The notes beneath the pieces were generated by a model. The model worked only from the letters and a program-made list of their open reading frames with translations, did no database searches and was not told where the DNA came from. From positions 4,712,001 through 4,776,000 of the forward strand of contig OZ218952.1 in the NCBI GenBank assembly GCA_965112735.1: a stretch of 64,000 nucleotides of DNA, read 5' to 3'. A program made the translations under genes and the position numbers. Shown here piece after piece: positions 12,284-24,000 of this stretch (the first letter of the stretch is position 1; each line of letters opens with the position of its first letter). This DNA comes from Phaeosaccion multiseriatum. Lineage: Eukaryota; Protista; Ochrophyta, other classes.

Positions 12284-14743
12284 GGCCACTTCCACAATCG
12301 CATCGATTTTCGGATCTACACCGGTTTCGATGCGATTTACGTTACAAGCTCGCGGCTACCCCTATGTTTAGGGGTATGCCGGTCACGGTCATGATCTGCA
12401 AATTCAAATCCATGGCGGGGAAGTGGGAAATCCGGATGAGAAAACAGGGAGGACAGCGTCGATAGCGCACTGCAAGCACATCACTGGATGCAGCGTGCTT
12501 AGGGCTTTAAGAATGCTCTCTGTGACCTTTCTCCTACTGATCATCTTCAGCTGTAAAAACGCCCTCCAAGCGAAAATTGAAATGGCCACTCCGGAGCGTC
12601 CTCACCACTTCCGGTACCTGGATCGATGTACTTTCAAGCATGCAGAAACGCCCTGCGGCAAGAAGACAAGCGTGACACTGACTGTCGCACCCAGTGGAGC
12701 CAGGAAGGAGCAGAAGCACTATCGCAGCATGTGCTCTAAGGAGCACGTCCAGGAGACGGAGGATAAACTTCTTGCGGGACGAATGGAACAGGCCAACATC
12801 AAGACGCCGCCGGCAAAGAGGAGCGAGATACAGCATCGGTGGGCTTCGCTGGTGAAGGGGTCCAAGTATTTCATTCCCAAGGGTGTATCAGAGCCCCCAG
12901 CGAAGAAGAGGAAGCTCCGAGATGGCGATTGGGGGAAGGAGGAAGATGAGGTTGAGCTTCCAGCAGTGGACGGTCGCGTGGCTCGTGTGAAGGAGGCCGA
13001 TGTGGAGAAGGCGCTTTCGAAGAACGACGGATCTCTGGCAAGACGTATTGGCTTTGCGCCCGCCTCGGTCGAAGCAGCAAGAGGGGCAGTCGTCAAGGCC
13101 CTGCACACTATCCTTCGGCTGACGGGCACTCGGAGGTGGCGTTGCAACGAGCAGGCCCGGCAGGCTCGGCCAGCTTTTCGGAGAAGCATAAGCTCCGCGG
13201 TACGTCAGAGCAAGAGGGGCGCCCACTTCTCTCCCCTCCCGTCCTCCCCCCACCCTTCCTCCCTCCTCTCCCCCCCCCTGCTCCCTCCTTTTCCTTCCTA
13301 ATGTATTCGTGTGTTTCTCTCCTGCTCTCCCTTTCATCAGGCGCGTTCTCTGTGACCTGCGGCACATGTCCGTCCGCGACGCTCATGATTTGCTACGTGC
13401 ACTGCAACCCCAGGATGTGGGGGGGGGAGAAGCCCGTCCATGACGTGCACGCTCAGATTTTCATCTCCGACGACTCCCTTCAAGACCAAGCCTTCCATGA
13501 GCACTGCTGCAGCCTCATGCACCAGGAGTACAAGGGATACTTCGAAAAGCACGGCCTCAAGCTGAAGGAGTGGATCAACGTCACTGACGGGTGCGCCAAG
13601 CAGTACAAGGGCGCAAAGAACTTCGCCTTCGTTGCCTCCTGTCTCAAGTTGTGGGGGGTGAAGATGACGCACATGTTCCACACCACCTCGCATGGTAAGG
13701 GGCCCCACGATGGGCTTGGGGGTACCATCAAGGCCATGGCATCGAGGAGGACGGACATGGGGGAGAGGGTGATGAACTCGGCGAAGGACTTTGCCGCCTT
13801 CGTGACTGAGATGTTTGACACCACCGCCCAGCCAATGTCGGACGAAGACTACTTTGGAAAGGGCTGGACACCTTTCACAGCCCGGATGACCCGTGTGAGG
13901 TTTATTGCCGCCGGCAGCATTCAGCGGGAGGACGTGAACATCAAGGGCATCCAGGGCACCCAGAGTATATACCACTACGAGGGCGATGTGGAGAAGGGTG
14001 GCTTCGTTTCGGAGGCCACGATTGGAGCGTTCCATCAAGGCCAGGACTATGATGTTGCGTACCCACTTCATGTTCGCACGATGAGCTGTAGCTGCACCCC
14101 CTGCAGCAAGGGCGAGTACAAGCACTGCTTCGCCGCGAAGAATGGGCAAGGCGACCTGTTTGGGGGGGAGCCAAAGCTTGTGCACCTGTACCAGTCTATA
14201 GTGGGAGACAAGGGCCCGCTTCTCACTCGGGCCAGTGTAGTCGCGATGAACCGGCCTACGTTGGAGTCTTGCTGCGCACGGGAAGGGATTACGTACTCGA
14301 AAGGGACCCTCAAGCAGGGGCTGGTGCAGCTCCTGTTGGCGCGCCTTGCGTCCCGCGAAGCACCCGCGGAGCAGCCTGTGACGCCCATTGTAGAGCCTTC
14401 GGCACCCCCAACACCTCCCACCACCCCTGCTGTCCTCTCTAGCCCGCCCCCGGCCGCTCCAGACACTGCTGTCATGATATAATTGACATAAATCTTACAG
14501 AAATTTTACTTTTAGTGCTTTTAATTGACATAAATATTACTTTTAGTGTTTTCAATATTTCTCCCAACCCCCCTTTTCTCCCTCGCCCTTCGTTTCTCGG
14601 CAGTGCTGCGAACCGGACGACAGCTCTTCTTGTAGAGGGCATCCTTGCGCAGATTCTGACCTATCACACACCTTCGTACACCTTTCTGGCCAAAAGTTAC
14701 GAGCTTTGGAAGCTGGGGCAGAGCAGCGATTGTGGAAGTGCCC
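12284..14743 (+). mobile_element. Sola2-like DDD DNA transposon, probably internally deleted
   Basis: 18-bp TIRs GG(C/G)CACTTCCACAATCGC and 4-bp TSD ATAT (12280-83, 14744-47). Transposase motifs TDGCAKQYK and TSHGKGPHDGLGGTIK. Superfamily assigned from recalled motifs. Confidence 0.78.
13175..14482 (+). pseudogene. Transposase catalytic region with a likely intron at 13200-13340 and a C-terminal SAP-like motif
   Basis: Frame-preserving GT..polypyrimidine..AG intron. The Asp expected before FSEK appears lost at a deletion junction. The N-terminal part is in another frame (about 12582-13130). Confidence 0.7.
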
Positions 14744-15317
14744 ATATGTCTTTATCGCATTCTGCCTGGGCCTGGGCCATTGACTTACGAACCAACTTTC
14801 CACGATCGTCGCACTCCCCACGAGGACACGAGGACCCCGAGAAGGGAAGGAGGAGGAAGAGGGGGAGGAGGAGGAAGAGGAGGAGAAGAAGAAGAAAGAA
14901 GAGCTGATTCGAAGAATAGGCAACAGAAGCAGCAGCGTTCTCACTGCTGACGGAAACGGCAGCAGGCGGCCTTCCAATTTCCATTGCCTCCTCCCACGCC
15001 TCCTCCTCCTCCTCCTCCTCCTCCTCCTCCTCCTCCTCCTCCTCCTCCTCCTCCTCCTCCTCCTCCTCCTCCTCCTCCTCCTCCTCCTCCTCCTCCTCCT
15101 CCTCCTCCTCCTCCTCCTCCTCCTCCTCCTCCTCCTCCTCCTCCTCCTCCTCCTCCTCCTCCTCCTCCTCGTCCTCGTCCTGCTCCTCCGCAGTCACCGC
15201 TACGGCCTGCAGCTTCCGCTCACCCGAGGGGGGCAACTCTTTTGCCGCCCACGGCGTCGACGCCGTTGCAGCAGCCGTTTTTGAAACAGGGCAAGAGGTC
15301 GCCAGCGGGGAAAGATG

Positions 15318-17073
15318 TTAGGGTTAGGGTTAGGGTTAGGGTTAGGGTTAGGGTTAGGTTAGGGTTAGGGTTAGGGTTAGGGTTAGGGTTAGGGTTAGGG
15401 TTAGGGTTAGGGTTAGGGTTAGGGTTAGGGTTAGGGTTAGGGTTAGGGTTAGGGTTAGGGTTAGGGTTAGGGTTAGGGTTAGGGTTAGGGTTAGGGTTAG
15501 GGTTAGGGTTAGGGTTAGGGTTAGGGTTAGGGTTAGGGTTAGGGTTAGGGTTAGGGTTAGGGTTAGGGTTAGGGTTAGGGTTAGGGTTAGGGTTAGGGTT
15601 AGGGTTAGGGTTAGGGTTAGGGTTAGGGTTAGGGTTAGGGTTAGGGTTAGGGTTAGGGTTAGGGTTAGGGTTAGGGTTAGGGTTAGGGTTAGGGTTAGGG
15701 TTAGGGTTAGGTTAGGGTTAGGGTTAGGGTTAGGGTTAGGGTTAGGGTTAGGGTTAGGGTTAGGGTTAGGGTTAGGGTTAGGGTTAGGGTTAGGGTTAGG
15801 GTTAGGGTTAGGGTTAGGGTTAGGGTTAGGGTTAGGGTTAGGGTTAGGGTTAGGGTTAGGGTTAGGGTTAGGGTTAGGGTTAGGGTTAGGGTTAGGGTTA
15901 GGGTTAGGGTTAGGGTTAGGGTTAGGGTTAGGGTTAGGGTTAGGGTTAGGGTTAGGGTTAGGGTTAGGGTTAGGGTTAGGGTTAGGGTTAGGGTTAGGGT
16001 TAGGGTTAGGGTTAGGGTTAGGGTTAGGGTTAGGGTTAGGGTTAGGGTTAGGGTTAGGGTTAGGGTTAGGGTTAGGGTTAGGGTTAGGGTTAGGGTTAGG
16101 GTTAGGGTTAGGGTTAGGGTTAGGGTTAGGGTTAGGGTTAGGGTTAGGGTTAGGGTTAGGGTTAGGGTTAGGGTTAGGGTTAGGGTTAGGGTTAGGGTTA
16201 GGGTTAGGGTTAGGGTTAGGGTTAGGGTTAGGGTTAGGGTTAGGGTTAGGGTTAGGGTTAGGGTTAGGGTTAGGGTTAGGGTTAGGGTTAGGGTTAGGGT
16301 TAGGGTTAGGGTTAGGGTTAGGGTTAGGGTTAGGGTTAGGGTTAGGGTTAGGGTTAGGGTTAGGGTTAGGGTTAGGGTTAGGGTTAGGGTTAGGGTTAGG
16401 GTTAGGGTTAGGGTTAGGGTTAGGGTTAGGGTTAGGGTTAGGGTTAGGGTTAGGGTTAGGGTTAGGGTTAGGGTTAGGGTTAGGGTTAGGGTTAGGGTTA
16501 GGGTTAGGGTTAGGGTTAGGGTTAGGGTTAGGGTTAGGGTTAGGGTTAGGGTTAGGGTTAGGGTTAGGGTTAGGGTTAGGGTTAGGGTTAGGGTTAGGGT
16601 TAGGGTTAGGGTTAGGGTTAGGGTTAGGGTTAGGGTTAGGGTTAGGGTTAGGGTTAGGGTTAGGGTTAGGGTTAGGGTTAGGGTTAGGGTTAGGGTTAGG
16701 GTTAGGGTTAGGGTTAGGGTTAGGGTTAGGGTTAGGGTTAGGGTTAGGGTTAGGGTTAGGGTTAGGGTTAGGGTTAGGGTTAGGGTTAGGGTTAGGGTTA
16801 GGGTTAGGGTTAGGGTTAGGGTTAGGGTTAGGGTTAGGGTTAGGGTTAGGGTTAGGGTTAGGGTTAGGGTTAGGGTTAGGGTTAGGGTTAGGGTTAGGGT
16901 TAGGGTTAGGGTTAGGGTTAGGGTTAGGGTTAGGGTTAGGGTTAGGGTTAGGGTTAGGGTTAGGGTTAGGGTTAGGGTTAGGGTTAGGGTTAGGGTTAGG
17001 GTTAGGGTTAGGGTTAGGGTTAGGGTTAGGGTTAGGGTTAGGGTTAGGGTTAGGGTTAGGGTTAGGGTTAGGG

Positions 17074-17114
<41 letters not shown>

Positions 17115-20100
17115 GGTTAGGGTTAGGGTTAGGGTTAGGGTTAGGGTTAGGGTTAGGGTTAGGGTTAGGGTTAGGGTTAGGGTTAGGGTTAGGGTTAGGG
17201 TTAGGGTTAGGGTTAGGGTTAGGGTTAGGGTTAGGGTTAGGGTTAGGGTTAGGGTTAGGGTTAGGGTTAGGGTTAGGGTTAGGGTTAGGGTTAGGGTTAG
17301 GGTTAGGGTTAGGGTTAGGGTTAGGGTTAGGGTTAGGGTTAGGGTTAGGGTTAGGGTTAGGGTTAGGGTTAGGGTTAGGGTTAGGGTTAGGGTTAGGGTT
17401 AGGGTTAGGGTTAGGGTTAGGGTTAGGGTTAGGGTTAGGGTTAGGGTTAGGGTTAGGGTTAGGGTTAGGGTTAGGGTTAGGGTTAGGGTTAGGGTTAGGG
17501 TTAGGGTTAGGGTTAGGGTTAGGGTTAGGGTTAGGGTTAGGGTTAGGGTTAGGGTTAGGGTTAGGGTTAGGGTTAGGGTTAGGGTTAGGGTTAGGGTTAG
17601 GGTTAGGGTTAGGGTTAGGGTTAGGGTTAGGGTTAGGGTTAGGGTTAGGGTTAGGGTTAGGGTTAGGGTTAGGGTTAGGGTTAGGGTTAGGGTTAGGGTT
17701 AGGGTTAGGGTTAGGGTTAGGGTTAGGGTTAGGGTTAGGGTTAGGGTTAGGGTTAGGGTTAGGGTTAGGGTTAGGGTTAGGGTTAGGGTTAGGGTTAGGG
17801 TTAGGGTTAGGGTTAGGGTTAGGGTTAGGGTTAGGGTTAGGGTTAGGGTTAGGGTTAGGGTTAGGGTTAGGGTTAGGGTTAGGGTTAGGGTTAGGGTTAG
17901 GGTTAGGGTTAGGGTTAGGGTTAGGGTTAGGGTTAGGGTTAGGGTTAGGGTTAGGGTTAGGGTTAGGGTTAGGGTTAGGGTTAGGGTTAGGGTTAGGGTT
18001 AGGGTTAGGGTTAGGGTTAGGGTTAGGGTTAGGGTTAGGGTTAGGGTTAGGGTTAGGGTTAGGGTTAGGGTTAGGGTTAGGGTTAGGGTTAGGGTTAGGG
18101 TTAGGGTTAGGGTTAGGGTTAGGGTTAGGGTTAGGGTTAGGGTTAGGGTTAGGGTTAGGGTTAGGGTTAGGGTTAGGGTTAGGGTTAGGGTTAGGGTTAG
18201 GGTTAGGGTTAGGGTTAGGGTTAGGGTTAGGGTTAGGGTTAGGGTTAGGGTTAGGGTTAGGGTTAGGGTTAGGGTTAGGGTTAGGGTTAGGGTTAGGGTT
18301 AGGGTTAGGGTTAGGGTTAGGGTTAGGGTTAGGGTTAGGGTTAGGGTTAGGGTTAGGGTTAGGGTTAGGGTTAGGGTTAGGGTTAGGGTTAGGGTTAGGG
18401 TTAGGGTTAGGGTTAGGGTTAGGGTTAGGGTTAGGGTTAGGGTTAGGGTTAGGGTTAGGGTTAGGGTTAGGGTTAGGGTTAGGGTTAGGGTTAGGGTTAG
18501 GGTTAGGGTTAGGGTTAGGGTTAGGGTTAGGGTTAGGGTTAGGGTTAGGGTTAGGGTTAGGGTTAGGGTTAGGGTTAGGGTTAGGGTTAGGGTTAGGGTT
18601 AGGGTTAGGGTTAGGGTTAGGGTTAGGGTTAGGGTTAGGGTTAGGGTTAGGGTTAGGGTTAGGGTTAGGGTTAGGGTTAGGGTTAGGGTTAGGGTTAGGG
18701 TTAGGGTTAGGGTTAGGGTTAGGGTTAGGGTTAGGGTTAGGGTTAGGGTTAGGGTTAGGGTTAGGGTTAGGGTTAGGGTTAGGGTTAGGGTTAGGGTTAG
18801 GGTTAGGGTTAGGGTTAGGGTTAGGGTTAGGGTTAGGGTTAGGGTTAGGGTTAGGGTTAGGGTTAGGGTTAGGGTTAGGGTTAGGGTTAGGGTTAGGGTT
18901 AGGGTTAGGGTTAGGGTTAGGGTTAGGGTTAGGGTTAGGGTTAGGGTTAGGGTTAGGGTTAGGGTTAGGGTTAGGGTTAGGGTTAGGGTTAGGGTTAGGG
19001 TTAGGGTTAGGGTTAGGGTTAGGGTTAGGGTTAGGGTTAGGGTTAGGGTTAGGGTTAGGGTTAGGGTTAGGGTTAGGGTTAGGGTTAGGGTTAGGGTTAG
19101 GGTTAGGGTTAGGGTTAGGGTTAGGGTTAGGGTTAGGGTTAGGGTTAGGGTTAGGGTTAGGGTTAGGGTTAGGGTTAGGGTTAGGGTTAGGGTTAGGGTT
19201 AGGGTTAGGGTTAGGGTTAGGGTTAGGGTTAGGGTTAGGGTTAGGGTTAGGGTTAGGGTTAGGGTTAGGGTTAGGGTTAGGGTTAGGGTTAGGGTTAGGG
19301 TTAGGGTTAGGGTTAGGGTTAGGGTTAGGGTTAGGGTTAGGGTTAGGGTTAGGGTTAGGGTTAGGGTTAGGGTTAGGGTTAGGGTTAGGGTTAGGGTTAG
19401 GGTTAGGGTTAGGGTTAGGGTTAGGGTTAGGGTTAGGGTTAGGGTTAGGGTTAGGGTTAGGGTTAGGGTTAGGGTTAGGGTTAGGGTTAGGGTTAGGGTT
19501 AGGGTTAGGGTTAGGGTTAGGGTTAGGGTTAGGGTTAGGGTTAGGGTTAGGGTTAGGGTTAGGGTTAGGGTTAGGGTTAGGGTTAGGGTTAGGGTTAGGG
19601 TTAGGGTTAGGGTTAGGGTTAGGGTTAGGGTTAGGGTTAGGGTTAGGGTTAGGGTTAGGGTTAGGGTTAGGGTTAGGGTTAGGGTTAGGGTTAGGGTTAG
19701 GGTTAGGGTTAGGGTTAGGGTTAGGGTTAGGGTTAGGGTTAGGGTTAGGGTTAGGGTTAGGGTTAGGGTTAGGGTTAGGGTTAGGGTTAGGGTTAGGGTT
19801 AGGGTTAGGGTTAGGGTTAGGGTTAGGGTTAGGGTTAGGGTTAGGGTTAGGGTTAGGGTTAGGGTTAGGGTTAGGGTTAGGGTTAGGGTTAGGGTTAGGG
19901 TTAGGGTTAGGGTTAGGGTTAGGGTTAGGGTTAGGGTTAGGGTTAGGGTTAGGGTTAGGGTTAGGGTTAGGGTTAGGGTTAGGGTTAGGGTTAGGGTTAG
20001 GGTTAGGGTTAGGGTTAGGGTTAGGGTTAGGGTTAGGGTTAGGGTTAGGGTTAGGGTTAGGGTTAGGGTTAGGGTTAGGGTTAGGGTTAGGGTTAGGGTT

Positions 20101-20900
20101 AGGGTTAGGGTTAGGGTTAGGGTTAGGGTTAGGGTTAGGGTTAGGGTTAGGGTTAGGGTTAGGGTTAGGGTTAGGGTTAGGGTTAGGGTTAGGGTTAGGG
20201 TTAGGGTTAGGGTTAGGGTTAGGGTTAGGGTTAGGGTTAGGGTTAGGGTTAGGGTTAGGGTTAGGGTTAGGGTTAGGGTTAGGGTTAGGGTTAGGGTTAG
20301 GGTTAGGGTTAGGGTTAGGGTTAGGGTTAGGGTTAGGGTTAGGGTTAGGGTTAGGGTTAGGGTTAGGGTTAGGGTTAGGGTTAGGGTTAGGGTTAGGGTT
20401 AGGGTTAGGGTTAGGGTTAGGGTTAGGGTTAGGGTTAGGGTTAGGGTTAGGGTTAGGGTTAGGGTTAGGGTTAGGGTTAGGGTTAGGGTTAGGGTTAGGG
20501 TTAGGGTTAGGGTTAGGGTTAGGGTTAGGGTTAGGGTTAGGGTTAGGGTTAGGGTTAGGGTTAGGGTTAGGGTTAGGGTTAGGGTTAGGGTTAGGGTTAG
20601 GGTTAGGGTTAGGGTTAGGGTTAGGGTTAGGGTTAGGGTTAGGGTTAGGGTTAGGGTTAGGGTTAGGGTTAGGGTTAGGGTTAGGGTTAGGGTTAGGGTT
20701 AGGGTTAGGGTTAGGGTTAGGGTTAGGGTTAGGGTTAGGGTTAGGGTTAGGGTTAGGGTTAGGGTTAGGGTTAGGGTTAGGGTTAGGGTTAGGGTTAGGG
20801 TTAGGGTTAGGGTTAGGGTTAGGGTTAGGGTTAGGGTTAGGGTTAGGGTTAGGGTTAGGGTTAGGGTTAGGGTTAGGGTTAGGGTTAGGGTTAGGGTTAA
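15318..20900 (+). repeat. (TTAGGG)n telomere tract, ~930 units
   Basis: Near-perfect array with the G-strand running 5'->3' toward the gap, as at a chromosome end. Confidence 0.99.
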
Positions 20901-21000
20901 NNNNNNNNNNNNNNNNNNNNNNNNNNNNNNNNNNNNNNNNNNNNNNNNNNNNNNNNNNNNNNNNNNNNNNNNNNNNNNNNNNNNNNNNNNNNNNNNNNNN
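20901..21000. other. 100-N scaffold gap
   Basis: Exactly 100 N. Confidence 0.99.
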
Positions 21001-24000
21001 CTGGCCTGGCCTGGCCTGGCCCTGGCCTGGCCTGGCCCTGGCCTGGCCTGGCCCTGGCCTGGCCCTGCCTGGCCCTGGCCTGGCCCTGGCCTGGCCCTGG
21101 CCTGGCCTGGCCTGGCCCTGGCCTGGCCTGGCCTGGCCTGGCCTGGCCCTGGCCTGGCCCTGGCCTGGCCCTGGCCTGGCCTGGCCTGGCCCTGGCCTGG
21201 CCTGGCCTGGCCTGGCCTGGCCTGGCTGGCTGGCCTGGCCTGGCCTGGCCTGGCCTGGCCTGGCCTGGCCTGGCCCTGGCCTGGCCTGGCCTGGCCTGGC
21301 CCTGGCCTGGCCTGGCCTGGCCTGGCCTGGCCTGGCCCTGGCCTGGCCTGGCTGGCCTGGCCTGGCCTGGCCTGGCCTGGCCTGCCCTGGCCTGGCCTGG
21401 CCTGGCCTGGCCTGGCCTGGCCTGGCCTGGCCTGGCCTGGCCTGGCCTGGCCTGGCCTGGCCCTGGCCCTGGCCTGGCCTGGCCCTGGCCTGGCCTGGCC
21501 TGGCCTGGCCTGGCCTGGCCTGGCCTGGCCTGGCCTGGCCCTGGCCTGGCCTGGCCTGGCCTGGCCTGGCCTGGCCTGGCCTGGCCTGGCCTGGCCTGGC
21601 CCTGGCCTGGCCTGGCCTGGCCCTGGCCTGGCCTGGCCTGGCCTGGCCTGGCCCTGGCCTGGCCTGGCCTGGCCTGGCCTGGCCTGGCCTGGCCTGGCCT
21701 GGCCTGGCCTGGCCCTGGCCTGGCCTGGCCTGGCCTGGCCTGGCCTGGCCTGGCCTGGCCTGGCCTGGCCTGGCCTGGCCTGGCCTGGCCTGGCCTGGCC
21801 TGGCCTGGCCTGGCCTGGCCTGGCCTGGCCTGGCCTGGCCTGGCCTGGCCTGGCCTGGCCTGGCCTGGCCTGGCCTGGCCTGGCCTGGCCTGGCCTGGCC
21901 TGGCCTGGCCTGGCCTGGCCTGGCCTGGCCTGGCCTGGCCTGGCCTGGCCTGGCCTGGCCTGGCCTGGCCTGGCCTGGCCTGGCCTGGCCTGGCCTGGCC
22001 TGGCCTGGCCTGGCCTGGCCTGGCCTGGCCTGGCCTGGCCTGGCCTGGCCTGGCCTGGCCTGGCCTGGCCTGGCCTGGCCTGGCCTGGCCTGGCCTGGCC
22101 TGGCCTGGCCTGGCCTGGCCTGGCCTGGCCTGGCCTGGCCTGGCCTGGCCTGGCCTGGCCTGGCCTGGCCTGGCCTGGCCTGGCCTGGCCTGGCCTGGCC
22201 TGGCCTGGCCTGGCCTGGCCTGGCCTGGCCTGGCCTGGCCTGGCCTGGCCTGGCCTGGCCTGGCCTGGCCTGGCCTGGCCTGGCCTGGCCTGGCCTGGCC
22301 TGGCCTGGCCTGGCCTGGCCTGGCCTGGCCTGGCCTGGCCTGGCCTGGCCTGGCCTGGCCTGGCCTGGCCTGGCCTGGCCTGGCCTGGCCTGGCCTGGCC
22401 TGGCCTGGCCTGGCCTGGCCTGGCCTGGCCTGGCCTGGCCTGGCCTGGCCTGGCCTGGCCTGGCCTGGCCTGGCCTGGCCTGGCCTGGCCTGGCCTGGCC
22501 TGGCCTGGCCTGGCCTGGCCTGGCCTGGCCTGGCCTGGCCTGGCCTGGCCTGGCCTGGCCTGGCCTGGCCTGGCCTGGCCTGGCCTGGCCTGGCCTGGCC
22601 TGGCCTGGCCTGGCCTGGCCTGGCCTGGCCTGGCCTGGCCTGGCCTGGCCTGGCCTGGCCTGGCCTGGCCTGGCCTGGCCTGGCCTGGCCTGGCCTGGCC
22701 TGGCCTGGCCTGGCCTGGCCTGGCCTGGCCTGGCCTGGCCTGGCCTGGCCTGGCCTGGCCTGGCCTGGCCTGGCCTGGCCTGGCCTGGCCTGGCCTGGCC
22801 TGGCCTGGCCTGGCCTGGCCTGGCCTGGCCTGGCCTGGCCTGGCCTGGCCTGGCCTGGCCTGGCCTGGCCTGGCCTGGCCTGGCCTGGCCTGGCCTGGCC
22901 TGGCCTGGCCTGGCCTGGCCTGGCCTGGCCTGGCCTGGCCTGGCCTGGCCTGGCCTGGCCTGGCCTGGCCTGGCCTGGCCTGGCCTGGCCTGGCCTGGCC
23001 TGGCCTGGCCTGGCCTGGCCTGGCCTGGCCTGGCCTGGCCTGGCCTGGCCTGGCCTGGCCTGGCCTGGCCTGGCCTGGCCTGGCCTGGCCTGGCCTGGCC
23101 TGGCCTGGCCTGGCCTGGCCTGGCCTGGCCTGGCCTGGCCTGGCCTGGCCTGGCCTGGCCTGGCCTGGCCTGGCCTGGCCTGGCCTGGCCTGGCCTGGCC
23201 TGGCCTGGCCTGGCCTGGCCTGGCCTGGCCTGGCCTGGCCTGGCCTGGCCTGGCCTGGCCTGGCCTGGCCTGGCCTGGCCTGGCCTGGCCTGGCCTGGCC
23301 TGGCCTGGCCTGGCCTGGCCTGGCCTGGCCTGGCCTGGCCTGGCCTGGCCTGGCCTGGCCTGGCCTGGCCTGGCCTGGCCTGGCCTGGCCTGGCCTGGCC
23401 TGGCCTGGCCTGGCCTGGCCTGGCCTGGCCTGGCCTGGCCTGGCCTGGCCTGGCCTGGCCTGGCCTGGCCTGGCCTGGCCTGGCCTGGCCTGGCCTGGCC
23501 TGGCCTGGCCTGGCCTGGCCTGGCCTGGCCTGGCCTGGCCTGGCCTGGCCTGGCCTGGCCTGGCCTGGCCTGGCCTGGCCTGGCCTGGCCTGGCCTGGCC
23601 TGGCCTGGCCTGGCCTGGCCTGGCCTGGCCTGGCCTGGCCTGGCCTGGCCTGGCCTGGCCTGGCCTGGCCTGGCCTGGCCTGGCCTGGCCTGGCCTGGCC
23701 TGGCCTGGCCTGGCCTGGCCTGGCCTGGCCTGGCCTGGCCTGGCCTGGCCTGGCCTGGCCTGGCCTGGCCTGGCCTGGCCTGGCCTGGCCTGGCCTGGCC
23801 TGGCCTGGCCTGGCCTGGCCTGGCCTGGCCTGGCCTGGCCTGGCCTGGCCTGGCCTGGCCTGGCCTGGCCTGGCCTGGCCTGGCCTGGCCTGGCCTGGCC
23901 TGGCCTGGCCTGGCCTGGCCTGGCCTGGCCTGGCCTGGCCTGGCCTGGCCTGGCCTGGCCTGGCCTGGCCTGGCCTGGCCTGGCCTGGCCTGGCCTGGCC

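Larger units (their letters stand above)
10371..14804 (-). mobile_element. Family B non-coding LTR element, older copy B3
   Basis: LTRs 10371-10579 and 12123-14804 (the latter split by Sola2). PBS-position ACCCCAAAG. Internal ~115-bp tandem repeats (about 11550-12000) are homologous to B1/B2. Approximate TSD ATCA/ATCG. Confidence 0.8.
10200..15314 (+). repeat. Paralogous fragment of the 3470-3910 region, split by B3 (pieces 10200-10370 and 14808-15314), with a (TCC)n expansion, truncated by the telomere
   Basis: 10200-10370 matches about 3467-3634. 14808-15314 matches about 3651-3909. (TCC)n lies at about 14986-15180. Confidence 0.85.
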
